A stretch of 64,000 nt of DNA from an uncultured Gemmatimonadales bacterium (GCA_963851265.1 CAWKNZ010000007.1:480001-544000); one strand, 5' to 3'; counted from the stretch's first letter, positions 37,062 through 46,905 are shown. The notes: generated by a model not told the origin, from the sequence alone. Program-made: numbers and translations.

Positions 37062-37690
37062 CCGGCGGTGTGACGGGCCGTCCGACGGGGGCGGAGGCGC
37101 CGCGCGTGGGCGTAGTGCTCAAGCTCGGCGGCGCCATGCTGCGGCGCCCCAGGGCGCTGGCCGTGACGCTCGCGGCCGTCGGCGACGCGTTAGGCGCGGA
37201 GGACGCGTCGCACGTGGCGGTCGTCCCGGGCGGCGGCCCGTTCGCCGACGCGGTTCGCCGGGCGGACCGTGCGTTCGGCCTCTCCGACGGCGCGGCACAC
37301 TGGATGGCCGTGCTCGCGATGGATCAGCACGCGCACCTGATCGCCGAACGCCTGACGCGCGGGCGAGTCGTGGACGGGCCCGCCGGGATCGACGCGGCGC
37401 TCGCGGCGGGCGCGGTCCCGGTGCTCGCGCCGTACCGCTGGCTGCGCGAGGACGACCCGCTTCCGCACTCCTGGGACGTGACGAGCGACAGCATCGCGGC
37501 GTGGGTCGCCGGCGCGCTCGGCGCGCGACGCCTCGTGCTCGTCAAGCCGCGGGGCGCGGCCGGGCGACCCGACGCCGTCGACCCGTACTTCGCGCGCGCG
37601 CTGCCCACCACGACGTCCGTCACGCTCGTCGCCGCGGGCGACGCCGCCGCGCTGCGGTCGGCGCTCCGCCAGTCCGGCGGCGCCGACTGA
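37058..37690 (+). CDS. Amino-acid-kinase-fold protein, MfnE/Orf21-like
   Basis: LKLGG, VPGGGPFADAVR, AHWMA, LPHSWDVTSDSIAAW, VDPYF. Confidence 0.87.
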   Translation: MTGGVTGRPTGAEAPRVGVVLKLGGAMLRRPRALAVTLAAVGDALGAEDASHVAVVPGGGPFADAVRRADRAFGLSDGAAHWMAVLAMDQHAHLIAERLTRGRVVDGPAGIDAALAAGAVPVLAPYRWLREDDPLPHSWDVTSDSIAAWVAGALGARRLVLVKPRGAAGRPDAVDPYFARALPTTTSVTLVAAGDAAALRSALRQSGGAD

Positions 37691-37774
37691 CGCCCACGTT
37701 CGGCGGCCGGTCCTCGGCACCCCCCCCGTCCGCTGCGTAGGGCCCGGGTGCCGGGGCCCGGTGGCCGCGCGGCA

Positions 37775-38386
37775 CTACAGCATCCAGGCGGCGCGCGCGC
37801 GCCGCCGGACGTGCAGCACGATCGCGGCGTGGATCAGCAGCGCGACGCCGAGCCCGACGACGTGGCCCGCGATGCCGAGGCCGTTGGCCGCGCCGACCAC
37901 GCGCCACGCCCATGCCCCGAGCGGGAGGAAGAGCCCGAGGGCGCTCCACAGACCGGGATTGTAGCGCCGCGAGGCGGCCGCGCCCGCGACGTGAATGACC
38001 GCGTTGACGAGCGTCGTGTACACCGCGACGAGCCCGAACCCGGCGTCGGCGAGCGCTGCCAACACCAACGTGGCGACGTACATGACCCAGACCGCCCCGA
38101 CGTTGATCCACATCGTCGCGCGCGGCGAGAGGGCGTCCGCCCCTCCTGCGACGGTCGCGTTGACGAAGCGGCGGAACCGGTCGCCGTAGTGCTCCTCGGC
38201 CTGGTGGACGAGATAGGCGAGCAGCAGGACGTAGACGGCGACGCGCGCGGGCGGCCACGTCCCGAGCACGAGGGGCAGCAACGCGAGCAGGAACGCGGCG
38301 ACGACGGTACCGGCGAACGGCCAGTTCCGGTCGAGCCAGGCGAGGGGCTGGGGAACGGTCGTGGGGATCGCGTCCGCGTCCGTCAC
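37775..38386 (-). CDS. HXXEE-domain membrane protein
   Basis: HQAEEH motif, IN, NA..H, YNPGL, several hydrophobic helices; start uncertain. Confidence 0.8.
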   Translation of the reverse strand: MTDADAIPTTVPQPLAWLDRNWPFAGTVVAAFLLALLPLVLGTWPPARVAVYVLLLAYLVHQAEEHYGDRFRRFVNATVAGGADALSPRATMWINVGAVWVMYVATLVLAALADAGFGLVAVYTTLVNAVIHVAGAAASRRYNPGLWSALGLFLPLGAWAWRVVGAANGLGIAGHVVGLGVALLIHAAIVLHVRRRARAAWML

Positions 38387-38426
38387 GGTCGGGAGGGGAT
38401 CGCGCACGCGGGGGTTCGCCGGTGCT

Positions 38427-39158
38427 CTACGCGAACGTCGCGTGCGCGACCTCGGCCGCATCCGTCGGCGTCGTGGCCAGACGGAGCGCGCGCACGCGCG
38501 CCGCCGACACGGTCCCGGAGCGTCCGCCGTCGCACACCGCGCCGCGCACGCCGACCACGTCGGGCCGCAGAGCTCGCACGACGCCCACGTCCTCCGCCGT
38601 CAGCCGGCCGGCGAGCGCGACGAGCAACCCGGCCGCGCGTGCCGCAGCCACCCACTCGGCGAGCGCCGCCGGCGTCATGCATCCCAGCAGCCCCGGCCCG
38701 CCCTTGTCTGCGGTGTCGAGCAGGACGCCGCGCGCGCCGGCGTCGGCCGCCACCGCGACGAGCACGCCAGGCTCGAGGCTGCCGACGCGCGCCGCGTCGG
38801 CGTAGGCGACGAGGACCACCCCGGCGCCGCCTGATGCGGCACCACGCACGGCGGCGGCGCCGAGTTCCGCGGCGCGCGCCGCGTCGGTCACGCCGGCGAA
38901 CCCGACCTTCACGAGCGCCGCTCCGGCCTCGGCAACGGCGAACGCGCGCGCCCCGACGTCGCCCGTGTCGGCGGCGTCGCCGAGGGCGGCCGTGAGCGGG
39001 CGGGCGCCGTCGACCGCCGCGCGGATCTCGCACAGCGTGGCGAGCGACACGGCGCCGAGCGCGCCGGCGGCGGGGTCCTTCGCGTCGATCACGTCGGCGC
39101 CGCCGGCGAGGGCGGCCGCGGCGTCGGCCGCCGTGGCCACGCTGACGAGCAGGTGCAT
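38427..39158 (-). CDS. mfnB: (5-formylfuran-3-yl)methyl phosphate synthase (MfnB/Orf22)
   Basis: LLVSV, GGADVIDAKDP..GALGA, AALGD, VKVG, LLDTADK, ALAG.L, GVRGAVC. Confidence 0.9.
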   Translation of the reverse strand: MHLLVSVATAADAAAALAGGADVIDAKDPAAGALGAVSLATLCEIRAAVDGARPLTAALGDAADTGDVGARAFAVAEAGAALVKVGFAGVTDAARAAELGAAAVRGAASGGAGVVLVAYADAARVGSLEPGVLVAVAADAGARGVLLDTADKGGPGLLGCMTPAALAEWVAAARAAGLLVALAGRLTAEDVGVVRALRPDVVGVRGAVCDGGRSGTVSAARVRALRLATTPTDAAEVAHATFA

Positions 39159-39369
39159 CGATGCTGGCGGAGGTGGGGGCACGCTCGAGCCGCGCGCAGA
39201 CGCACGCACGCCGCGCGGCAAGATTACCGCGTTCTCCTGCCCGGCGCTTCCTCCTCACGCGGCCCGGCACGGTCGCGCCGCGTGGCGCGACCGGTGCGAG
39301 AGACCGCCGCATCCGCGCCGCCACCCCCGTCGCCCCCGCCCGTTGACCACCGCGCCTAACGCAGATCCC

Positions 39370-40131
39370 GTGGCCGCGCCGCTCGCCGGGCGCACCGTGC
39401 TCGTCACCGGCGCGTCGAGCGGGATCGGACGCGCGATCGCGCTCGCCGCGGCCCGCGCGGGGGCAGACGTCGCGCTCACCTACCGCGTCAACGAGGAGGG
39501 CGCGCGCGACGCCGCGGCCTCGGTCGAGGCACTCGGCCGCCGCGCGACCGTGTTCGCGCTGGACCTCGCCGACCCCGCGTCGGTCGACGCCTTCGCCGGG
39601 CGCGTGCGCGACACGCTCGGCCGCGTGGACGCGTGGATCAACAACGCAGGAGCCGACATCCTCACCGGGCCCGCGGCCGCGCGCTCCGATCGCGAGAAGC
39701 TCGACCTGTTGCTCGCCGTCGACCTGCGCGGGACGATGCTCGCGTCGTGGCACGCGGCCGAACTGATGGGCGCGCAGCCCGACGGCGGCGTGATCGTGAA
39801 CATGAGCTGGGATCACGCCCTGACCGGGATGGCCGGGCGCACGCAGGAGCTGTTCTCGGCGGTCAAGGGCGGCGTGCTGAGCTTCAGCAAGTCGCTCGCG
39901 CGGAGCGTCGCGCCGCGCGTGCGCGTGCATGTGCTCGCGCCCGGGTGGATCGAGACCGCGTTCGGCGCCGGGGCCGACGAGTCGTGGCGGCGTGCGGTCG
40001 CCGAGTCCACGCCGCTCAAACGCTGGGGCACGCCCGAGGACGTGGCGGGTGCGGCCGTGTTCCTCGCCTCCCCCGCGGCCGCGTTCCTCACCGGGCAGAC
40101 GATGCTGATCGGGGGGGGCGTGGTGATGTGA
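39370..40131 (+). CDS. Atypical short-chain dehydrogenase/reductase
   Basis: TGASSGIG, NNAG, PGWIET; FSAVK in place of YxxxK. Confidence 0.88.
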   Translation: MAAPLAGRTVLVTGASSGIGRAIALAAARAGADVALTYRVNEEGARDAAASVEALGRRATVFALDLADPASVDAFAGRVRDTLGRVDAWINNAGADILTGPAAARSDREKLDLLLAVDLRGTMLASWHAAELMGAQPDGGVIVNMSWDHALTGMAGRTQELFSAVKGGVLSFSKSLARSVAPRVRVHVLAPGWIETAFGAGADESWRRAVAESTPLKRWGTPEDVAGAAVFLASPAAAFLTGQTMLIGGGVVM

Positions 40132-40188
40132 GCGGGACGACCGCGTCGCACTGGACGCGGTCACGCCACTCCGACTTGGTTGAACGCC

Positions 40189-40701
40189 ATGACTCCGGTG
40201 CTCGCGCCCGCTGCAGATCGCGACCTCGCCGCCGTCGCCACGCTCGTGAACTCCGCGTACCGCGGCGAAAGCTCGCGACAGGGGTGGACGACCGAGGCCG
40301 ACTTCCTCGATGACCTGCGCACCACGGAGGACGCGCTCCGCGCGGACCTCGCGGCCAACCCGGACGCGCGGTTGCTGCTGCTGCGCGACACGCCGGACGG
40401 GCCGCCGCTCGGCTGCGTCTGGCTCACGCCAGGCGAGCCTGCGTGGTCCCTCGGCCTGCTCACCGTGCGCCCCGACCTGCAGGACCGCCAGCTCGGCCGC
40501 GCTCTGCTGGCCGGCGCCGAATCGCTGGCCCGGGAGCACGGCGCGGGGCGGATGCGCATGCGCGTGATCGCCGTGCGCGATACGCTGCTCGCGTGGTACC
40601 GTCGTCGTGGGTACGAACCAACGGGGGAGGTCGAGCCGTTCGCCCACGGCGACGAGCCGCGGCCCGATCTCCGATTCGTCGTGCTCGAGAAGGCGTTGTA
40701 G
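40189..40701 (+). CDS. GNAT family N-acetyltransferase
   Basis: LVNSAYRG..GWTTEA, V.PDLQ..QLGRALL, WY.RRGY. Confidence 0.87.
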   Translation: MTPVLAPAADRDLAAVATLVNSAYRGESSRQGWTTEADFLDDLRTTEDALRADLAANPDARLLLLRDTPDGPPLGCVWLTPGEPAWSLGLLTVRPDLQDRQLGRALLAGAESLAREHGAGRMRMRVIAVRDTLLAWYRRRGYEPTGEVEPFAHGDEPRPDLRFVVLEKAL

Positions 40702-40747
40702 GACGTTGCAGGCGCGCGCAGGACGACGCTCTCACCCCGGTGCTCCG

Positions 40748-41110
40748 ATGCCCAGGAACGACTCCACGCACGACGACGCGGCGATCGCCGAACGGCTCGC
40801 GACGATGCCCGGCTGGTATTACGAGGACGGCTGGATCCGCCGGCAGTACAAGACCGACGGGTGGCCGACGACGCTGATGCTCGTCAACGCCATCGGCTAC
40901 GCGGCCGAGGCGGCCAACCACCACCCGGACCTGACCGTGAGTTGGGCGCGCGTGGGCGTGAAGCTCTCGACGCACAGCGCCGGCGGCATCACCGACAAGG
41001 ACTTCGAGCTCGCGCGCCGGATCGAGGAGGTCGCGCTCTGGCGCCCCGAGCCCGGCGCCGCGCTCGACGGCACGCCCGCCAAGTTCGTCCGCGGCGGCGA
41101 CCCGCGCTGA
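40748..41110 (+). CDS. Pterin-4-alpha-carbinolamine dehydratase
   Basis: AEAANHHPDL, LSTHSAGGITDKDFELA. Confidence 0.92.
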   Translation: MPRNDSTHDDAAIAERLATMPGWYYEDGWIRRQYKTDGWPTTLMLVNAIGYAAEAANHHPDLTVSWARVGVKLSTHSAGGITDKDFELARRIEEVALWRPEPGAALDGTPAKFVRGGDPR

Positions 41111-42669
41111 TGGGGATGGGCGGCGGCCGAGCGACGGGCAGCGAGCCGACGGACGGCGCGCCGGCCGCGCCGCGCCGCGTCCTGTTCGTCACGGGCCGCC
41201 TCGCGGAGCCGGCGCTGCGTCGCGTGCTGGACGACATGGCCGGCGGGACGGCGGGCGGGACGGCAGGGCCGTTCGCCTACGACGTGGCCGTTCTCGGCAT
41301 CACGGTGGCAGCGCTGATGACGACGCCGTGGATCGCGCGCCACCTCGTGGTGCCCGAGGGCACCGAGCTCGTGCTGATTCCCGGGCTGTGCGAGGGCGAC
41401 CCCGCGGTCATCGCGGCCGCCCACGGCGGCGTGCGCGTGGAGAAGGGGCCGAAGGACCTCCGCGAGATCCCGCGACATTTCGGGCGGGCCGCCGCCGCGG
41501 ACGCGTACGGCGCGTGGGACATCGAGATCGTCGCCGAGATCAACAACGCGCCGCGCCTCACGCGCGCCGCGCTGCGCGCGGCGGCCGAGTACTACCGCGC
41601 CTCGGGCGCGGACGTGATCGACGTCGGCTGCACGCCGGGGCTGCCGTTCCCCGCGCTCGGCGACGTGGTGCGCGAGCTCGTGGCGGCCGGGATGCGCGTG
41701 AGCGTGGACACGTTCGACGCGGGTGAGATCCGCACCGCCGTCGAGGCGGGAGCCGAACTCGTGTTGAGCGTGAACGGCTCCAACCTCGACGCGGCGCGCG
41801 CGCTGGTCGGCACGCGCGCGCGTGCCGTGGTCGTTCCCGACCTCGGTCAGTCGTTGGACACGATCGCGCCGACCGTGGAGCGCCTCGCGTCATGGGGCGT
41901 GCCCTACCTGATCGACCCGATCCTGGAGCCGATCGGCTTCGGGTTCATGGCGTCGCTCGAGCGATACGCCGAGGCGCGGCGGCGGTGGCCCGATGCCGAG
42001 CTGCTCATGGGCGTCGGCAACCTGACCGAGCTGACGGCGGCCGACTCGACCGGGGTGAATGCGGTCCTGATCGCGGTGTGCCAGGAACTCGGCGTACGGG
42101 CGGTGCTCACGACCGAGGTGGCCGCGTGGGCGCGCGGCGCCGTGCGCGAGGTGGACGTCGCGCGCCGCCTGATGCACCACGCGGTCACGCGCCGTACCGT
42201 GCCCAAGAAGATCGACGACCGGCTGCTGACGGTGAAGGATCCGGCCGTGCTCACATACACCGAGGACGAACTGCGCGCGCTGCAACGCGAGATCCGCGAC
42301 CCCAACTTCCGCATCTTCGCCGACCGCGACGCGGTGACGGTGCTCAACGCCGAGCGGTTCGTGCGCGGGACGGACATCCAGGACATATTCGCGCGGCTCG
42401 ACGTGGACGATCCGGCGCACGCGTTCTATCTCGGGAAGGAGCTGGCGAAAGCGCGGCTTGCGGTCACGCTCGGCAAGACGTACCGGCAGGAGGGCGCGCT
42501 GTCGTGGGGGTACCTCACGCCGCCCGACGACGCCCGGCGCGAACACCTGCGGCCCACGCAGCGCTCGGCCCGCGCGCGGCGCCGCGCCGCGGCGGCGGCC
42601 GGAACGGCGGAGGTGCGGCCGCACCCCGACCCGGACGCGAGCGGGGGAGGCGCGGGGGACGATGCCTAA
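41110..42669 (+). CDS. Dihydropteroate synthase-like protein (Orf20, DUF6513)
   Basis: LFVTGRLAE, VAALMT, KGPKDL, GADVIDVG, SVD, DPILEPI, GNLTEL, HAFYLGKEL. Confidence 0.88.
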   Translation: MGMGGGRATGSEPTDGAPAAPRRVLFVTGRLAEPALRRVLDDMAGGTAGGTAGPFAYDVAVLGITVAALMTTPWIARHLVVPEGTELVLIPGLCEGDPAVIAAAHGGVRVEKGPKDLREIPRHFGRAAAADAYGAWDIEIVAEINNAPRLTRAALRAAAEYYRASGADVIDVGCTPGLPFPALGDVVRELVAAGMRVSVDTFDAGEIRTAVEAGAELVLSVNGSNLDAARALVGTRARAVVVPDLGQSLDTIAPTVERLASWGVPYLIDPILEPIGFGFMASLERYAEARRRWPDAELLMGVGNLTELTAADSTGVNAVLIAVCQELGVRAVLTTEVAAWARGAVREVDVARRLMHHAVTRRTVPKKIDDRLLTVKDPAVLTYTEDELRALQREIRDPNFRIFADRDAVTVLNAERFVRGTDIQDIFARLDVDDPAHAFYLGKELAKARLAVTLGKTYRQEGALSWGYLTPPDDARREHLRPTQRSARARRRAAAAAGTAEVRPHPDPDASGGGAGDDA

Positions 42670-42681
42670 CGCGTCCGCGCC

Positions 42682-43251
42682 GTGATCGTCGAGACGATCG
42701 TCACGACGGTGTCTCCGGAAGGCGTGGTGAACGTCGCGCCGATGGGCGTCGAGTGGAGCGACGACGCGCTCGTCCTGAAGCCGTTCCTCGAGACGACCAC
42801 CTTCCGCAACGTGCGCGACACCCGCGTGGCCGTGGTCAATCTCACCGACGACGCGGGGCTGTTCGCCCGCGCGGCGATCGCCAACCCCGAGGCACCGGTC
42901 GTTCCGGCGGAGGTCGTGCGCGGCGTCGTGCTCGCCGACGCGTGCTCCTGGCGCGAGGCCGAGGTGCGTGCGTTGGACGGAGCGGGGCCGCGGTCGCGCA
43001 TCGAGATGGCCGTCGTGTACCGCGGCGCGCGGCGCGAGTTCGTCGGCTTCAACCGCGCGCGGCATGCGGTGCTCGAGGCGGCGATCCACGCCACGCGCGT
43101 GCACCTCCTCGCGCGCGAATTCGTCGAGACCGAGTTCGCGCGCCTGCAAGTGATCGTCGACAAGACGGCCGGCCCGCGCGAGTTGGAGGCGATGGCGTTG
43201 CTCACCGAGCACGTGCGCGCGGCGTACGCGCGCCAAGCGGGCGCGCCGTGA
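42682..43251 (+). CDS. DUF447 protein (Orf19)
   Basis: ETIVTT, APMG, KPF..TT..N, GFNRA..AVLEAAI.ATR, DKTAG. Confidence 0.88.
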   Translation: MIVETIVTTVSPEGVVNVAPMGVEWSDDALVLKPFLETTTFRNVRDTRVAVVNLTDDAGLFARAAIANPEAPVVPAEVVRGVVLADACSWREAEVRALDGAGPRSRIEMAVVYRGARREFVGFNRARHAVLEAAIHATRVHLLAREFVETEFARLQVIVDKTAGPRELEAMALLTEHVRAAYARQAGAP

Positions 43252-44297
43252 CCGCGCGCGGCGTGCCCCCGGGAGGGACGGTGTTCGTCGAGGCGCCCGC
43301 GCGCCTGCACTTCGGCGTGCTGGACCTGCGGGGTGCACTCGGCCGTAGCTTCGGCGGGATCGGCGCCGCGGCGCCCGCGCCGTCGCTGCTGCTCTCCGCG
43401 TCGCCCGGTGCCGCCGTGGTCGCGGAAGGCCCCGAGTCGGTGCGCGCGGCCGAATACGCGCGGCGGTTCCTCGCGCACCACGGCGTGCACGGCGGGGCGC
43501 ACGTCCGCGTTCGGCGCGCCCTTCCCGCGCACGCCGGGCTCGGGTCGGGCACGCAGCTCGCGCTCGCGACGGCTCGCGCGCTCGCCGAGTTGTACGCCCT
43601 CCCCCGCGACGCGCCGTCGCTGGCCCGCGCGGTCGGGCGCGCGCGCCGCTCCGCGATCGGCACGTGGATCTTCGACGGGGGCGGGCTCGTGCTCGAAGGC
43701 GGGCGCCGGCCGGGAAGCGACGACGTCGCGCCACTGCTCGCGCGCCTCCCCTTTCCGCCCGCGTGGCGCTGCGTGGTGGCGGTCCCCGACGCGGCGCCGG
43801 GCGTGAGCGGTCCGGCCGAGGCGGCGGCGTTCGCCCGCCTGCCCCCGCCCGCCGAGCGCGAAGTCGAACGCGTCGCGCACCTCGTGCTCATGGCCCTCCT
43901 GCCGGCCGTCGCCGAGGCCGACCTCGCGACGTTCGGGGCCGCGCTGTCGGAGGTGCAGACCGTCACCGGCGGGTGGTTCGCGGCCGCGCAGGGGGGGACG
44001 TACGCCTGCGGCGCGAGCACCACGCTGGTGCGGCGGCTGGCCGAATGGGGCGCGGTCGGCGTCGGGCAGAGCTCGTGGGGACCGGCCGTGTACGGCGTCG
44101 TCGCCGACGACGACGCGGCCGCGGCCCTCGCGTCGCGCGTGCGCGGCGTCGTGGGCACGGGCGGGGCCGTCTACGCTGGGGCCTTTCACACGCAGGGCGC
44201 ACGCGTGTGGCGCGACGAACGGGCCGACGGCGACGACGGCGCGCCCGGCCACGCCGGGCACTCGCCGTGCGTAGATCGCGCCTCACGTAACCACTGA
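43248..44297 (+). CDS. mptG: Beta-ribofuranosylaminobenzene 5'-phosphate synthase
   Basis: PARLHFG, FGGIG, HAGLGSGTQ, RSAIG, EGG, GQSSWGP (GHMP-kinase fold). Confidence 0.92.
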   Translation: MTARGVPPGGTVFVEAPARLHFGVLDLRGALGRSFGGIGAAAPAPSLLLSASPGAAVVAEGPESVRAAEYARRFLAHHGVHGGAHVRVRRALPAHAGLGSGTQLALATARALAELYALPRDAPSLARAVGRARRSAIGTWIFDGGGLVLEGGRRPGSDDVAPLLARLPFPPAWRCVVAVPDAAPGVSGPAEAAAFARLPPPAEREVERVAHLVLMALLPAVAEADLATFGAALSEVQTVTGGWFAAAQGGTYACGASTTLVRRLAEWGAVGVGQSSWGPAVYGVVADDDAAAALASRVRGVVGTGGAVYAGAFHTQGARVWRDERADGDDGAPGHAGHSPCVDRASRNH

Positions 44298-46612
44298 TGC
44301 GGGAGCTGGCCGGGATGACCACGGGTGCGCAGCACGAACACGACCTGGTCGCCGACCGCGCCGCTCACGCGCGCACCGGCGACGTCGCGCTTTTCGCCGG
44401 CCCCGGCGAGGTCCGCGCGCTCGCGCGGACGCTCGACTGGGGCGCGACCTCGCTCGGCTGGCCCGACGGGTGGTCGCCCGCGCTCCGCATCGCGACCCGG
44501 GCGATGCTCGACACGCCGTTCCCGGTGTGTCTCTGGGCGGGGCCGGAGTACGCACTCGTCTACAACGACGCCTACCGCCGGATCCTCTCCGCCAAGCACC
44601 CCGCCGCGCTCGGTCAGCCGGGAGCGGTGGTCTGGTCGGAGATCTGGACGGAGCTCGAACGGCAGTTCGCGGAGGTGCGCGCAGGCGGTCCACCGGTGTA
44701 CGCCGAGAACGCGCGATTCGTGATGGCGCGCCTCGCAGGCGGGCACACGCAGGACGCGTGGTTCAGCTACTCGCTCTCGCCGCTCCGGGACGAGGACGGC
44801 CGCGTCGCCGCGGTGCTCAACATCTCTCCCGAAACCACCGCGCAGGTGCACGCGGAGCGCGCGCTCGACGTGGAGCGGGGGCGGCTCGCCGAGGTCTTTC
44901 GCCAGTCGCCGTCGTTCCTGGCGGTGCTGCGCGGGCCCGACAACGTGTTCGAGTTCGTGAACGCGGCGTACGAGCAGATCATCGGGCGTGGACGCAACGT
45001 GGTCGGCCGTCCACTGTTCGAGGCGCTCCCCGAAAGTCGGGGGCAGGGTTTCGACGAGTACCTTGCCCACGTCCGGGCCACGGGCGAGCCGCTGGTGTTC
45101 CGCGAGCTCCCCGTGCGACTCGAGCGGCGCCCCGGATCGCCGCTCGAAGAGCGGTTCATCGACATCACGTACCTGCCGCTGGTCGAAGCCGACGCCACCC
45201 ACGAGGCGGTGATCGCGCACGGCGCCGACGTCACCGACCAGGTGCGCGCGCGGCGCGAGATCGAACGCTTGCTCGCGGAGAGCGAGGCCGCGCGCGCCGA
45301 CGCGGAGCGGGCCAATCACGCGAAGAGCGAGTTCCTCGCGACGATGAGTCACGAGCTGCGCACGCCGCTCAACGCGATCGGCGGCTATACGCAACTGCTG
45401 CATCTCGGCGTGGCCGGCCCCACGACGCCCGAACAGCGCGACTATCTGACGCGCGTGGCCGCGAGTGGCGAGCACCTGCTCGGGCTCGTGAACGACGTCC
45501 TCGACCTCGCGAAGGTCGACGCCGGCGAGATGACCGTCACACGCGACGCCACGACCACCGACGCCGCCGTGAGAGCCGCACTCGACCTCGTGCGCCCGCA
45601 AGGCGCCGCGCGCGGCATCCGGCTCGGCGACGGCGACTCCGACCTGACGACGCCCTATGTGGGCGACGCGCACCGCGTGCGACAGATCGTCGTCAACCTG
45701 CTGTCCAACGCGGTGAAGTTCACCGAGCCGGGCGGCACGGTCACCGTCACGTGCGCCGTCGTGGACGAGCCGCTGCCCGGCGCGCGGCTGTCGGGGCCCG
45801 GACCGTGGACGACGATCCGCGTCGAGGACACAGGGATCGGGATCCCGCCGGACGAGCAGGCGGCCGTCTTCGACCCCTTCCATCAGGTGGAGCGGGGGCA
45901 CACGCGTACCAAAGGCGGTACCGGGCTGGGGCTGGCGATCAGTCGACGCCTCGCCCGCCTCATGGGCGGCGACCTCACGCTCGCGAGCGTGCCGGGCGCG
46001 GGGTCGACGTTCACGCTCTGGCTGCCGACACACCGCGCGGAGGCCGACCCGGCGTCCGACGCGGCGCTCGGACGGGAGAACGGGGTCACGGCGCTCTCCG
46101 GCCGAGGCGCGCGCGCCGACGGTCCGCGCGCGGCGCGCGCGTTCGGGGCGTTGGGCGCGCTGCTTCAGGCGCGTATCGCGCCCGTGGTCGCCGCCTACGG
46201 CGAGCGGCTACGGGCCGACCCGCGCGCACCGAGCGCCCGCGCGATGCGGATGCCGGCGCTGGAGAACCACATTCCCACGCTGCTCGCCGAGTTCGCGCGG
46301 TCGCTCGCGCTCGCGGGGGACGCGGACGAGGTCGACGGGGCGCTGCTCGCCGACGGGGCCGCGATCCGCCACGCGATCGCCGACCGGCACGGCGCGCGCC
46401 GGTTCGCGCAGGGGTGGAGCGTCGCCGCGCTGCGGGCCGACTACGACGTCCTGGGCGACGTGCTCGCCGAGGCGGCCCGGACCGGGTCGCGCACGGCCGA
46501 CGCCGACGCGGCGTTCGCCGTGCTGCTCGAACTGGCCGCCGAGTGCGAGACGCGGAGCGTGGCGGCGTGGCAGGCCGCACGCGCGTCGGACGGCGATCCG
46601 CGGCCGAGGTGA
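44297..46612 (+). CDS. PAS-domain sensor histidine kinase with extra C-terminal helical domain
   Basis: DW..TSLG..W PAS region, second PAS, MSHELRTPL, NLLSNAVKFT, DTGIGI, GTGLGL; start 44297 or 44315. Confidence 0.9.
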   Translation: MRELAGMTTGAQHEHDLVADRAAHARTGDVALFAGPGEVRALARTLDWGATSLGWPDGWSPALRIATRAMLDTPFPVCLWAGPEYALVYNDAYRRILSAKHPAALGQPGAVVWSEIWTELERQFAEVRAGGPPVYAENARFVMARLAGGHTQDAWFSYSLSPLRDEDGRVAAVLNISPETTAQVHAERALDVERGRLAEVFRQSPSFLAVLRGPDNVFEFVNAAYEQIIGRGRNVVGRPLFEALPESRGQGFDEYLAHVRATGEPLVFRELPVRLERRPGSPLEERFIDITYLPLVEADATHEAVIAHGADVTDQVRARREIERLLAESEAARADAERANHAKSEFLATMSHELRTPLNAIGGYTQLLHLGVAGPTTPEQRDYLTRVAASGEHLLGLVNDVLDLAKVDAGEMTVTRDATTTDAAVRAALDLVRPQGAARGIRLGDGDSDLTTPYVGDAHRVRQIVVNLLSNAVKFTEPGGTVTVTCAVVDEPLPGARLSGPGPWTTIRVEDTGIGIPPDEQAAVFDPFHQVERGHTRTKGGTGLGLAISRRLARLMGGDLTLASVPGAGSTFTLWLPTHRAEADPASDAALGRENGVTALSGRGARADGPRAARAFGALGALLQARIAPVVAAYGERLRADPRAPSARAMRMPALENHIPTLLAEFARSLALAGDADEVDGALLADGAAIRHAIADRHGARRFAQGWSVAALRADYDVLGDVLAEAARTGSRTADADAAFAVLLELAAECETRSVAAWQAARASDGDPRPR

Positions 46613-46905
46613 TCCCGACCGCGGCGGAGAAGGGCTACCCGTTAGGCAGCTTCACGCGCGGGGCGAGGGCGGCCGTGGTGTCGTCGACCTTGCCGGCTTT
46701 CGCACGGGCCCCGGCGGTCGGCGCGGTCGCCCGCCGCGGGCGCGGAGTGCGGCGCGCCCGGCCGTAGCGTTAGGCGTTCCACGACGCCCGCGCCGCCCGC
46801 GTGGCGTGGTTGGTGCACGGTCCGGTGCGCACGAGGCGCCCCACGCCGGGCCGCCCCGCGGCCGTCGTCCGGCCGCGCACGCGCGCATCGCCCAGCCCCA
46901 ACCCC

